64,000 nt of DNA from an uncultured Candidatus Rokubacteria bacterium (GTDB lineage: Bacteria > Methylomirabilota > Methylomirabilia > Rokubacteriales > CSP1-6). Positions within the stretch are counted from its first letter, which is position 1. Each line of letters starts with the position of its first letter. The DNA is taken from positions 352,001 to 416,000 of the forward strand of contig CAWBMV010000001.1 in the NCBI GenBank assembly GCA_963789955.1, read 5' to 3'. Below, in pieces: positions 39,092 through 49,726 of the stretch. Below the pieces are notes generated by a model. That model was not told the origin of the DNA. It searched no databases and was given only the letters and a program-made list of their open reading frames with translations. The translations under genes were made by a program, and so were the position numbers.

Positions 39092-40473
39092 GCCCGGCGG
39101 CGCACGAGCTGGTCTCGGTGCACCTTCTGCACCCGCTGCGCGGGCTCTACCGGCTCACCCGGCCGTCGCTCCGACCCGCGGCGCTCGAGACCGGCGAGGG
39201 CCTGCGCTTCCGCGAGTGTGCCGCGACGTGGTCTCTGGATCAGCGCCGCGAGTGGATGCTGGTGCGCCTACGCGAAATGGCTCGGCGGGCCTGGTGGACG
39301 ACGCGCTACTACCGCGGCCTGTTCGACGAGATCGGCTTCGATCCGCGCGCCAACTTCACGTTCGACGACTTCGCGGCCCTCCCGCCGCTCGAGCGCGCGG
39401 ACGTTCATCGAGCCGGCCGGGCGCTGGTCTCCGTCGCCGTGCCGCCGGGCGACCTGCGGCAGGACGCGACCGGCGGATCGACGGGTGAGCCCACCGTCGT
39501 GTGGCTCGGGCCGAGCGAGCGGGGCTGGCGCGAGAGCGGCATCGAGTACTACATGCGGCGCATCGGTCTGCCGCGCGGCACGCGCGCGGCCGCGCTCTGG
39601 GGACACCATCTGGATCCGAAGGCCGGCGACGGGCTCGGCGACCGGTTCCGCTCCTTCGTCGACAACTCGCGCGAGCTCGAGTGCTTCCGTCTTTCGTCGC
39701 CGGTGCTGGCCGATCATCACGCGACCCTCGAGCGGTGGCGGCCGCGATATCTCCTCGCCTACGCGAGCGCGCTGGGCGCGCTGGCGGACGAGGTCGGCAC
39801 GCGCGGATGGCGCCCGAGCTATCCGACGCGCTGTTTCGTGACCGGCGCGGAGAAGCTCACGGCGTCGGACCGCGCGCGGATCGAGTCGGTCTTCGGCCGC
39901 CCGGTGCACGAGCGCTACGGCAGCCGCGACGTGGGCCTGATCGCGTTCCAGCTCGATCCGAGCCGGACGCTCGAGCTCGAGGTCGACTGGGCCAACGTGC
40001 TGATCGAGCCGGATACCCACGGACCCTTCTCGTCGATCCTCGTCACGAAGCTCCACGGCGACGGGATGCCCATGCTGCGCTACCGGATCGGAGACCTCGC
40101 CCGCTTTCCGGCGGACAGCCGTCCGGGTCATCCCGCGTTCACGCTCGAGGAGGTGCTGGGCCGTGAGCTCGACCGGATCTGGCTCCCCGACGGCCGCTGG
40201 ATCCACGGCGTCGAGTTCCCGCACATGATGAAGGACCATCCGGTGCGCGAGTGGCAGGTCGTTCAGACCGACGACACCAGGGTCACGGTGCGACTGGTTC
40301 CCGGCGCGAGCTTCGGCGAGGGCAACCGCGCGGGAATTCTCCAGGCGCTCCGCGCGAACCTCGACGGTCTCTCGGTGAGCCTCGAGCTCTGCGCGGCGCT
40401 CGAGCGGACTCGCGCGAACAAGGCGCGCGCCGTGGTGAGCGAGATCGAGGAGCGGCGGCGGGCTCGGGCATGA
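39088..40473 (+). CDS. Phenylacetate-CoA ligase family (CapK-like) adenylating enzyme
   Basis: TGGSTGEP, YGSRDVG, MPMLRYRIGD, GRELD. Confidence 0.85.
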   Translation: MSPAAHELVSVHLLHPLRGLYRLTRPSLRPAALETGEGLRFRECAATWSLDQRREWMLVRLREMARRAWWTTRYYRGLFDEIGFDPRANFTFDDFAALPPLERADVHRAGRALVSVAVPPGDLRQDATGGSTGEPTVVWLGPSERGWRESGIEYYMRRIGLPRGTRAAALWGHHLDPKAGDGLGDRFRSFVDNSRELECFRLSSPVLADHHATLERWRPRYLLAYASALGALADEVGTRGWRPSYPTRCFVTGAEKLTASDRARIESVFGRPVHERYGSRDVGLIAFQLDPSRTLELEVDWANVLIEPDTHGPFSSILVTKLHGDGMPMLRYRIGDLARFPADSRPGHPAFTLEEVLGRELDRIWLPDGRWIHGVEFPHMMKDHPVREWQVVQTDDTRVTVRLVPGASFGEGNRAGILQALRANLDGLSVSLELCAALERTRANKARAVVSEIEERRRARA

Positions 40474-41870
40474 CGGACCGTCATTTCACGAACGATCGGC
40501 TGGTCGCTGCCGTCCGGACCTCCGACGGCGAGCGAATGGGCGCCGAAGCCCTCTCGCTGAGCCTCGCGCGTCTGGCCGCGCTCCTGGGATGGAGCGAGGA
40601 AGGCCGGGGCCCGTTCGGGAGCGCGATCCCGCGCGCGGCGCGCGTGGTGGTGAAACCCAACTGGGTGATGCACGAGAACCGCGGCCCCTGGGGCCTCGAC
40701 CCGCTCGTCACCGATCCCGCGCTCATCCGCGCCGTCGTCGACGGTGTGCTCGCCGCCGGGCCGGCACGCGTCGTCGTCGGCGACGCGCCGCTCCAGGGCT
40801 GCGATCTCGAGCGCCTCCTGAGCGAGACCGCGCTCGACCGCTGGGCGGCCGATCTGCAGAGGCGCGAGCCGGCCTTCGTCGGGCTGGAGGACTTCCGGCG
40901 GACCACGTGCGCGTTTCGCTACGGCGTGCGGATGGCCCACGAGGATCGGCGTCCCGAAGACGACTTCGTCCTGTTCGACCTGGGCGCCGAGAGCTTGCTG
41001 GAGCCGATCACCGACGGCCGGGGTTCGTTCCGTGTCACGCAGTACGATCCGCGGCAGCTGCAGAAGACTCACGCGCCGGGCCGCCACTGCTATCTGGTCG
41101 CGCGCGCGATCATCGACGCCGACGTCGTGGTCAACCTGCCGAAGCTCAAGACCCACTGCAAGGCGGGCATCACCAGCGCCCTCAAGAATCTGGTGGGCAT
41201 CAATGGCAACAAGGAGTTTCTGCCTCACCACCGGCTCGGCGGCTCCAGCCACGGGGGCGACTGCTATCCGGGCGGCAGCGTGCTCAAGCGCGTGATCGAG
41301 CTCGCGCTCGATCAGTCGAATCTCGCCGGCTCGGCCGGGACTCGCGCCTTCGCGTGGAGCACGACCGGCGACGTCCTCGGACGCATCTTGCAGCGGACCG
41401 GCGACGAGATTGGCGTCGAGGGCGCGTGGTCCGGCAACGACACGGTGTGGCGCACCTGCCTCGACCTGAACCGGGTCCTGCACTACGGCCGGTCCGACGG
41501 AACGCTCGCCGCGACCCCGCAGCGCCGCGTCCTGCACATCGCGGACGCGATCGTCGCCGGGCAGGGCGATGGCCCGCTCGCCGCCGAGCCGCTCCCGCTG
41601 GGGATCCTGCTCGGCGGCGGCAATCCGGCCGCGATGGACTGGGTCGGCGCTCACTTGCTCGGCTACGATCCGCGCCGCGTCGCGCTCACCCGTGGCGCGT
41701 TCGGGCGCTTCCAGTGGCCGATCACCACGTTCGAGCCCGACGAGGTTCGGCTGATCGGCGATCTCGGCGACGAGGCCGGCTCGCTCGCCCGGGCGCTCGC
41801 CGCGGCGCAATCGGTGAAGCATCCGCCGGGCTGGCGCGACTCCGCGGCGGCGTGGACGGAGTGCCGCTGA
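40470..41870 (+). CDS. DUF362 domain protein
   Basis: VVVKPNWV, ADVVVNLPKLKTHCKAGITSALKNLVG, DAIVAGQGDGP. Confidence 0.85.
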   Translation: MTDRHFTNDRLVAAVRTSDGERMGAEALSLSLARLAALLGWSEEGRGPFGSAIPRAARVVVKPNWVMHENRGPWGLDPLVTDPALIRAVVDGVLAAGPARVVVGDAPLQGCDLERLLSETALDRWAADLQRREPAFVGLEDFRRTTCAFRYGVRMAHEDRRPEDDFVLFDLGAESLLEPITDGRGSFRVTQYDPRQLQKTHAPGRHCYLVARAIIDADVVVNLPKLKTHCKAGITSALKNLVGINGNKEFLPHHRLGGSSHGGDCYPGGSVLKRVIELALDQSNLAGSAGTRAFAWSTTGDVLGRILQRTGDEIGVEGAWSGNDTVWRTCLDLNRVLHYGRSDGTLAATPQRRVLHIADAIVAGQGDGPLAAEPLPLGILLGGGNPAAMDWVGAHLLGYDPRRVALTRGAFGRFQWPITTFEPDEVRLIGDLGDEAGSLARALAAAQSVKHPPGWRDSAAAWTECR

Positions 41871-43399
41871 TGCACGCGACGCTCGCGCGGCGCGTGATCT
41901 GGCTGGCGTCGGCGAAGGGGGTCGCCTTCGCGCTGGGCTTCGCCCTGCCGCTCATCCTGGTACGCAGCCTGAGCCAGACCGAGTTCGGTCTGTACAAGCA
42001 GGTCTTTCTGCTCGTCAACACGGCGATCACGATCCTGCCGCTCGGCTTCGCGATGAGCGCGTTCTATTTCCTGCCTCGCTGCGGGCGCGAACCGGGGCGC
42101 GTCGTCTTCAACATCGTGCTGTTCCACTCGATGATCGGCGGCCTGGCCGGGCTCGCGCTCCTGGTATATCCCGGACTTCTCGAGGTGATCTTCGGCAGCC
42201 GCGAGCTCGTCGTTCACGCCCCGGGCCTGGCGCTCCTGGTCTTTCTCGCGATCGCGACGTCGGTGCTCGAGATCGTCGCGGTCGCCAACGGTGAAGTCGC
42301 GGTCGCCGCGCGCCTGATCGTCGTGACCTATCTGGCCAAGACGCTCCTGCTCCTGGGTGCCGTGTGGCTCGCGCCCTCGGTCGAGGCGCTGATCACCGCG
42401 GTGGCGCTGCACTACGTGCTGCAGGCTGCGCTGCTCTTCTGGTATCTCGGCTCGCGCTTTCCGCGATTCTGGGCGGCGCGCGACTGGCCGCTGTTGCGCG
42501 CCCAGATGGGCTACGCGCTGCCGCTCGGCGCGGCGGGGATGCTGTCGATGGCGCAGTTCGACCTGCACAGCTACTTCGTCGCCCGCTCCTTCGACGCTGC
42601 CACGTTCGCGATCTACGCGGTCGGGTGCTTCCAGCTGCCGTTCTTGCAGATCGTGAACGAGTCGATCGGCGCCGTCATGATCCCGACGGTCAGCCGCCTC
42701 CAGTTCGAGAACCAGCCGGGCGAGATCGTCCAGCTCGTGGCCCGTATGATGCGCAAGCTCGCCGCGCTCTACTTCCCGCTCTACGCGTGTCTGCTCGTGA
42801 CCGGGCGCGAGTTCGTCACCGTGCTGTTCACCGAGCGCTACCAGGGGAGCTGGCCGATCTTCGCGGTGAACCTGACGTTGATCCCGCTCTGCATTCTCAC
42901 CGCCGCGTGCGACCCGGTCCTGCGCGCCTACCCTGCGTACACCTCCATGCTGGTGCGGATCCGCGTGGCGCTGGCCGCGGTGTCAGTGCTGGGACTCTGG
43001 ATCGTCACGGCGCAGCACTGGCTGCTCGGCGCGATCGTCGTCATGGTCGGTGTCGGCCTCGTCGACCGGCTCACGGTGAGCGTGATGCTCGCGCGCGTGC
43101 TCCACATCGGATGGCGCGACCTGGCGCTCTTCCGCGACGTCGCGAAGCTCGCGGCCGCCGCCGGGGTCGCCGGGCTGCTCGCCGCCGGCGTCCGACTGGT
43201 CGTGGCCGAGGCCGGCCCGCTCGCGGTGCTCGCGGCCAGCTCGGCGGTGCTCGGGATTGCCTACGTGGTGTCGGTGCGGGCGCTCGGCGTGCCGACCGTG
43301 GGCGAGCGCCACGCGGTCCGCGAGCGGGCGCTCGCGATGCTGCTTCGCGTGGGGCTCGATCGCCGTACGGTCGGGGTGCGCTCGGGGCTCGAGCCATGA
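41870..43399 (+). CDS. Wzx-like oligosaccharide flippase
   Basis: Many TM helices; LVRSLSQTEFGLY, YALPLG, FAIYAVG. Confidence 0.85.
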   Translation: MHATLARRVIWLASAKGVAFALGFALPLILVRSLSQTEFGLYKQVFLLVNTAITILPLGFAMSAFYFLPRCGREPGRVVFNIVLFHSMIGGLAGLALLVYPGLLEVIFGSRELVVHAPGLALLVFLAIATSVLEIVAVANGEVAVAARLIVVTYLAKTLLLLGAVWLAPSVEALITAVALHYVLQAALLFWYLGSRFPRFWAARDWPLLRAQMGYALPLGAAGMLSMAQFDLHSYFVARSFDAATFAIYAVGCFQLPFLQIVNESIGAVMIPTVSRLQFENQPGEIVQLVARMMRKLAALYFPLYACLLVTGREFVTVLFTERYQGSWPIFAVNLTLIPLCILTAACDPVLRAYPAYTSMLVRIRVALAAVSVLGLWIVTAQHWLLGAIVVMVGVGLVDRLTVSVMLARVLHIGWRDLALFRDVAKLAAAAGVAGLLAAGVRLVVAEAGPLAVLAASSAVLGIAYVVSVRALGVPTVGERHAVRERALAMLLRVGLDRRTVGVRSGLEP

Positions 43400-44459
43400 G
43401 GATCGCGGTGGTCGCGCCGAGCCTCGACATCGTCGGCGGCCAGTCGATCCAGGCCGACGCGCTCTGCGCCGGGCTCCGCCGCGAGGGCTATCAGGTCGAC
43501 TTTGTGCCCGGTCAACCCGCGGTTCCCGCGCGGGCTCGGCTGGGTGCGGAGCTTGCCGTACGCCCGGACCGCACTCAACCAGGCGCTCTACCTCCCGAGC
43601 CTGCACCGACTGCGCCAGGCCGACGTCGTCCACGTCTTCTCGGCGTCGTACTGGTCGTTCCTGCTCGCGGTGGCGCCGGCGATCCTGGCGGCGCGCCGCT
43701 TCGGCAAGCGCGTCGTGCTCAACTACCACAGCGGCGAGGCCGAGGACCATCTCGAGCGCTGGGGTGCCCTCGTCCATCCCTGGCTGGCGCTCGCGCACGA
43801 GATCGTGGTGCCGTCGGAGTACCTGCGCGCGGTGTTCGCGCGCCACGGCTACCCGGCGCGTGCCGTCCCGAACGTGGTGGACACGACGCGGCTTCCGGTA
43901 CCGCGACCGGATGCCGCCGCGCGCGCGTCTCCTGTCGACTCGCAATCTCGAGCCCTACTACCGGGTCGACGTCACGCTCGAAGCGTTCGCGATGGTGCGG
44001 GACCGATTCCCGTCGGCCACCCTGACCATCGCCGGAGACGGCAGCGAGGCGGCCGGCTGCGGCGGCTAGCCGCCCGCTCGGCGAGAACGGGATCGCTTCG
44101 TCGGGCCGCGTCGATCCGATCGAGATGCCCGAGCTGCTACGAGGCCGCCGACGTCTTCGTGAACGCGTCGGTCGTCGACAATCAGCCGCTGTCGGTGCTC
44201 GAGGCCTTCGCGGCGGGCCTGCCGGTCGTGTCGACCGCGACCGGCGACATCGGGGCGATGCGTCCGCGACGGCGAAACCGGGCTGCTCGTGCCGGCGAAC
44301 GATCCCGCCTGCCATGGCCAAGGCGCTGACCGTCGTGCTCGAGTATCCGGTCCGCGCTTTGCGGATGGCTCGCCAGGCGCGCGCCGAAGTCGAAGCGTAC
44401 ACGTGGGAGCGGTGCGCGACCAGTGGGCCGCCGCCTACGCGGGAGGGAGCCGGCGATGA
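43396..44459 (+). CDS. Glycosyltransferase family 4 (multiple frameshifts)
   Basis: MRIAVVAPSLDIVGGQ, HVFSASYWSF, LNYHSGEA, TRNLEPYY, VDNQPLSVLEAFAAG across frames. Confidence 0.82.
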
Positions 44460-46640
44460 TCCGGCGTCTGGCGCGCATGCGGCACCGACGAGCTGATCGT
44501 CGGGGACGTCAGGAAGCCTCGCAAGCGGCTCGAGCGCGCTGGTGATGGTGGCGCGCGCCGCCGGGCGCTCGGCGCCGACGCATCGGGCCTCGCGCCCTCG
44601 AGGCGCTGCTCCGTGCCTTCGAGGCGGCGCCCGCCACTTCTTCGACGGCGCGGTGAGCGAGCGGACGGCGGCCTCCTGATCGACCGGATACCGGCGGCGC
44701 GCGACGAGGCCGTGAAGCATCGCCGACGACGCGTGCGGCCGGGCGCTTCGACCTGCTCGGCTACCGCGGCTCTCGTTCGGCGATCCGATCGACTGGCATC
44801 TCGATCCGGTCTCCGGCCGGCGCGCGCCCGCTGCGATCACTGGAGCCGGCATCGATCCGCTCGATGCCGAGGCGGTCGGGCGACAGCAAGGTCGTCTGGG
44901 AGCTGAATCGCCACCAGTGGCTGGTCCGGCTCGGCCAGGCCTATCGCCTGACCGGCGACGAGCGCTACGCCGGCGCCTTCGCCGCGCATCGCGCGCTGGC
45001 TCGACGCCAATCCCGCCGGGTATCGGCATCAACTGGGCGAGCAGCCTCGAGGTCGCGTTCCGGCTCATCTCGTGGTGCTGGGCGCTCATGCTGTTCCGCG
45101 GATCGCGCCGTGCTGTCGCCGGCGCTGTTCGATCGCGATCCTGCGCGTCGATCTGGGCCACGCCGCCCACGTGGAGCGCTACCTCTCGTACTACTTCTCG
45201 CCGAACACGCACCTGACCGGCGAGGCCCTCGGCCTCTTCTATGCGGGGGTGCTGTTTCCGGAGCTGCCGTGCGCCGACGCGCTGGCGCGCGCTCGGCACG
45301 CGCATCCTCGATCGACGAGAGCGCGCGCCAGATCCTGGCCGACGGCGTCTACTTCGAGCAGTCGACCGTGCTACCAGCGCTACACGCGTCGAGATCTACC
45401 TGCACTTCCTGCTGCTCGCCGAGCGGAACGGCGTGCCGGTTCCGGCGGCGGTCGCGAGCGCGCGTCGAGCGGATGGTCGACGTTCTCGCTCGCGGTCCGC
45501 TGCGCCCGACGGCTCGATGCCGCAGATCGGCGACGCCGACGGCGGGCTCGCTGCTGCCGCTCGCGCGGCGCGTCCGGACGACTGCCGCGGCGTGTTCGCG
45601 ACGGCGGCCGCGTTCTTCGGCCGCGCCGACTACGCGTGGGCGGCCGGCGGCCCGCGGCGCCCGAGGTGCTCTGGCTCCTGGGGCCGCGCCGGGCTCGACG
45701 CCTTCGACGCGCTCAGGCCCGGCTCCGCCGGCCGGCGCCGTCGTCGCGGCTCTTCGCGGACGGCGGCTACGCGGTCATGCGCAGCGGCTGGGACGCCGGA
45801 CGCATCACCACGTGATCTTCGACGTGGGGCCGCTCGGTTGTCCCGTGAGCGGCGGCCACGGCCACGCCGATCTCCTGAGCGTGCAGTGCGCCGTCTTCGG
45901 CGAGCCGTACCTCGTCGACTCCGGCACCTACTGCTACGCCGGCGATCCGGCGAGCGCGCAGCTACTTCCGCTCGACCGCGGCGCACAGCGCGGTGGTCGT
46001 CGACGGCGAATCCCAGGCGGCCCCGGCTGGACCGTTCCGCTGGGTGGCGCGCCCCGGCGCGAGCCTGCTCGACTGGCGCTCGACGCCGGAGCTCGACTTC
46101 GCCGAGGCGCACCACCACGCGTACATCGAGCTGCCGGGCGGGGGTGTCGTCCACCGGCGCCGCGTGGCCTTCGTGAAGGGGAGCTACTGGGTCATCGTCG
46201 ACGATCTCGAGGGCGACGGCGAGCACCACGTCGACCTGCGATTCCAGTTCGCGCCCCTCGAGGTCCAGGTCGATCCGACCTTGTGGGCGCGGGCCCGCGG
46301 CCGGTCGGGTACCGAGCTCCTCGTCCGTCCGTTCGCGAGTGTCGCGCTCAAGGCGAGCGTGCACGCCGGCGAGCTCGATCCGCTGCGCGGCTGGGTCTCG
46401 CCGATCTACGGACGGCGCGAGCCCGCGCCGCTCCTGGTCTATTCGACGGTGACGACCTTGCCGCTGCGCGTACTGACCCTGCTCCTGCCGAGCGCCCGCC
46501 CGCGCGCGGCGGTGCCTTCGGTATTTTCGGTGATCGACGCGAGCGGCGCGCCGGTCGGGCTCGTGCTCGACGACGCGGGCGAGCGCATCGCGTTCGGCGA
46601 GCGCGGCCTGCCCGAGATCTGGACGGCCCAATGGGCGTGA
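44456..46640 (+). CDS. Heparinase II/III-family / alginate lyase-like protein (many frameshifts)
   Basis: GDSKVVWELNRHQWL, GINWASSLEVAFR, YFSPNTHLTGEA, MPQIGDADGG, GHGHADLLS, VDSGTYCY, HRRRV. Confidence 0.85.
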
Positions 46641-46804
46641 TCGGCGGGCGGCTCGGCTATCGGCTCTCCCGGCTCCTCGCCGAGAGCGGTTACGCGGTCG
46701 AGCACTTCGAAGCGGTGCCGATTCGCAAGCTGAGGCGTCTCGCGGCAGGCCCGACACATGAGCTTCTCACGGCAATCATTCGATGTCGGTTGAGCGCGAT
46801 ATGA
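46631..46804 (+). pseudogene. Short ORF, possibly the C-terminal remnant of a displaced gene (methyltransferase-like tail)
   Basis: LLAESGYAVEHFEAVPIRKLRRL...TAIIRCRL*; no recognisable N-terminal domain. Confidence 0.3.
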
Positions 46805-46838
46805 AACGGCCGGCGTCGCGGAGCACAAATGGTGACGT

Positions 46839-47963
46839 ATGGTCTGGATAGCATTCCTCTGCGTCGGTCTCGCCGTCGTCTTCGTCTCGTACGTCGGATA
46901 CGCGCTGTGGGTGGCGTGGCTCGCGCGCGTGTGGCCGGTCCCGACGGCCGCGCGCTATCTGCCGGACGCGCTCCTGCCGAGCGTGACCTGCCTGATGGCG
47001 GCCTCGAATGAAGGGGCGCTCATCGGGCACAAGCTCCGGCTGCTCACCTTCCACGACTATCCGTCGGACAAGCTGTCGATCATCGTGGTGAGCGACGGGT
47101 CGACGGACGCGACCGATGCCGTCGTGCGCGCCTGGGCGCGCCGCGATCCGCGAATCCGCCTCCTGCGGACGGAGCACCGGAGCGGCAAGCCCACGGCGCT
47201 GAACCTGGCGCGACGGCACATCACGAGCGACGTCACGGTGCTCATGGACGTTCGCCAGCGGCTCACGCAGGGCGCGCTCCGCGAGCTGGTGGCACAGCTC
47301 GCCGATCCCGGCGTCGGGGTCGTGTCGGGCGACCTCCGGGTCAAGGGCGACGCGTACTGGACCTACGAGGCTTTCGTTCGGAAGTGCGAGTCGCGCTCGG
47401 GGTCGATGGTGCAGGTCACCGGCTCGCTCTACGCGCTCCGCACCGTCGACCTGCCCGAGATCCCCCCGGACACGATCCTGGACGACGTGTACGTGCCGCT
47501 CATGGTCGCGCTGAGCGGCCGACGGATCGTCATGGCGGAGGGCGCAGGCAGTCTCGACGTCGTCACCCGTTCGGCGGGCGACGAATTCGTCCGCAAGGTG
47601 CGGACCCTCGCCGGGCTCGTCCAGATCTGTCATCACGTCGACGGGTGCCTCAATCCGGCGAGGAACCCGGTCTGCAGCCGCTTCATCCTGCACAAGCTCT
47701 CGCGGCTGGCCTGTCCGTACGGTTTGTTGCTCACGATGGCGAGCGCAGCGATGGCCGAGGGTCTCGGCTACGGCACGGCGCTCATGACCGGCGCTGCGGT
47801 CGGGCTCGTCGGCCTGACCTTGTGGCGCGGACCGTCGCCCCGCGTAGTCTCGCTGGTCAGGTCCTTCATGGCGCTGAACCTCGCGGCGCTGTGGGCGATG
47901 CCGTCGTACTACCTCGGGCGCACGTCGGTGACGTGGCGACGAGTCGAGGCGGATCGCACATGA
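46839..47963 (+). CDS. Glycosyltransferase family 2
   Basis: ASNE, VVSDGSTD, GKPTALN, YWTYE, ILDDVYVPL, EFVRKVRT, HKLSRL. Confidence 0.9.
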   Translation: MVWIAFLCVGLAVVFVSYVGYALWVAWLARVWPVPTAARYLPDALLPSVTCLMAASNEGALIGHKLRLLTFHDYPSDKLSIIVVSDGSTDATDAVVRAWARRDPRIRLLRTEHRSGKPTALNLARRHITSDVTVLMDVRQRLTQGALRELVAQLADPGVGVVSGDLRVKGDAYWTYEAFVRKCESRSGSMVQVTGSLYALRTVDLPEIPPDTILDDVYVPLMVALSGRRIVMAEGAGSLDVVTRSAGDEFVRKVRTLAGLVQICHHVDGCLNPARNPVCSRFILHKLSRLACPYGLLLTMASAAMAEGLGYGTALMTGAAVGLVGLTLWRGPSPRVVSLVRSFMALNLAALWAMPSYYLGRTSVTWRRVEADRT

Positions 47964-48757
47964 GCCCGCGACGGCTGCGCGCGTACATCATCACCGAGGA
48001 GGATCCGTTCTATCTTCCGGTCTTCTTCCGCGAGTTCCTTGCCGAGCTGCCGCGGGACCGGTTCGAGATCCTGAGCATCGACATCACGCCCCCCTTGAAC
48101 CAATCGTCGCGACGCGCCCTGGCGCGCAAGCTCTACGGCTTCTATGGCGGGCCCGATTTCGTGCGCCTGCTCGGCCGGTACGCGACCGCGCGAGCCCTGG
48201 ATCTCGTGGCGCCGCGCGGGCTCTGGTGCGGCACAATCAACCGCCTCGCGGGCTGCCACGGCATCCCGTGCCAGGCCGTGAAGAACGTCAACGCGCCCGC
48301 GTACGTCGAGCGTGTGCACCGGCTCGCTCCCGACCTCCTGGTGTCCGTCGCGGCCTCGCAGATCTTCAAGCCGGCGCTCCTGTCGGTGCCGCGGCTCGCC
48401 GCGGTGAACGTGCACACCGGCCCGCTGCCGAAGTATCGCGGGATGATGCCGGTCTTCTGGCAGATGTACGACCGCCAGAAACAGATCGCCATCACCCTGC
48501 ACACGATGACGCCCGACATCGATCTCGGCAAGGTGCTGCTCCAGCGCGAGGTGCCGCTCAACGGCGACCGCAACCTCGACGAGGTGATTCGCAAGATGAA
48601 GCGCGAGGGCGCGCACGCGCTGGTCGAGCTGCTCGAGCGCTTTCACACGGGCACCGTGGAGCCCGTCGCCATGGATCGGTCCCGGCAGCAGTACCACTCC
48701 TTTCCGGGGCGCGCCGAGGCGGCCCGGTTCCGCGACATGGGGTATCGCCTCGTATGA
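47960..48757 (+). CDS. Formyltransferase family protein (sugar N-formyltransferase-like)
   Basis: PDLLVSVAASQIF, NVHTGPLPKYRGMMPVFW, TLHTM..DIDLG. Confidence 0.85.
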   Translation: MSPRRLRAYIITEEDPFYLPVFFREFLAELPRDRFEILSIDITPPLNQSSRRALARKLYGFYGGPDFVRLLGRYATARALDLVAPRGLWCGTINRLAGCHGIPCQAVKNVNAPAYVERVHRLAPDLLVSVAASQIFKPALLSVPRLAAVNVHTGPLPKYRGMMPVFWQMYDRQKQIAITLHTMTPDIDLGKVLLQREVPLNGDRNLDEVIRKMKREGAHALVELLERFHTGTVEPVAMDRSRQQYHSFPGRAEAARFRDMGYRLV

Positions 48758-49722
48758 TTCCGGCACTCCTGACCTTCGACATCGAAGACTGGTTCCAGGT
48801 CGAGAACCTCCGCCCGCTTTTCCCACCCGCGAGCTGGGAGGCGCTCCCGCGCCGCGTGGCCGACGCCACGCGCCGCGTGCTCCGCTTGCTCGCCGAGCAC
48901 GAGATCCGCTCGACGTTCTTCGTGCTCGGCTGGGTCGCCGAACGCGAGCCCGAGCTGGTCCACGAGATCGCCGCGGGCGGTCATGAGATCGCCTGCCACG
49001 GCTACGGCCACGTCCTGCCGATGCAGCTCACGCCGCAGCAGTTCCGCGACGACGTGGTCAGGGCGAAGACGATCCTCGAGGAGATCGGGGGGCAGGAGGT
49101 CGTCGGCTATCGCGCGCCGTCCTTCAGCCTCGATCGCGAGCGCCTGGCGATCCTGGACGATTGCGGCTTCCGCTACGACTCGAGTCACCACCCGTTCGCC
49201 CTGCACGATCGCTACGGCCGGCTCGGCGATCTCGGTCCGCCGATCGCCCCGGGAGTCTACGCGGCCGGCGAGCGGATGGTCGAGCTCGAGCTGCCCGTGG
49301 AGCACGTGGGCGGCCTGGCGCTTCCGGTATCGGGCGGCGGCTACTTCCGGCTCTACCCGGCGGCGCTCTTCCGGTCACTCGTTGCCCGCACGATCGCGCG
49401 CCGGGGCTCGTATCTCATGTACCTGCACTCCTGGGAGTTCGATCCGGGGCAGCCGCGCGTGCAGGGCTTGGGGCCGACGCGGATGGCGCGCCACTACGTG
49501 AACCTGTCGCGCACCGCGCCGCGGATGCGACAGTTGATCGCGATGCTCGAGCGCCGGGCCGCGCGCTTCATGACGGCGAGCGAATTCGCCGCTACGATCC
49601 GCCGGTCCGTGACCGCGCTGACGCAGGGGCGGCGTGTGCCCCCCGAGACTTCGACCGTCGCGCGCCCCCCGGCGGGGCTTCCACCCGGTGACGGCCTGCA
49701 GCGCGCGCCGAAGGCGGGCTGA
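48754..49722 (+). CDS. XrtA/PEP-CTERM-system polysaccharide deacetylase (DUF3473 type)
   Basis: TFDIEDWFQVE, TFFVLGWVAE, GHEIACHGYGH, GYRAPSFS, SGGGYFRL, YLHSWEFDPGQPR. Confidence 0.9.
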   Translation: MIPALLTFDIEDWFQVENLRPLFPPASWEALPRRVADATRRVLRLLAEHEIRSTFFVLGWVAEREPELVHEIAAGGHEIACHGYGHVLPMQLTPQQFRDDVVRAKTILEEIGGQEVVGYRAPSFSLDRERLAILDDCGFRYDSSHHPFALHDRYGRLGDLGPPIAPGVYAAGERMVELELPVEHVGGLALPVSGGGYFRLYPAALFRSLVARTIARRGSYLMYLHSWEFDPGQPRVQGLGPTRMARHYVNLSRTAPRMRQLIAMLERRAARFMTASEFAATIRRSVTALTQGRRVPPETSTVARPPAGLPPGDGLQRAPKAG

Positions 49723-49726
49723 CGCC

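Noticed and set aside
39088..40473. CoA-ligase-like gene as NRPS/secondary-metabolite cluster or phenylacetate catabolism
   Set aside because: No carrier, condensation or paa genes; context is polysaccharide tailoring.
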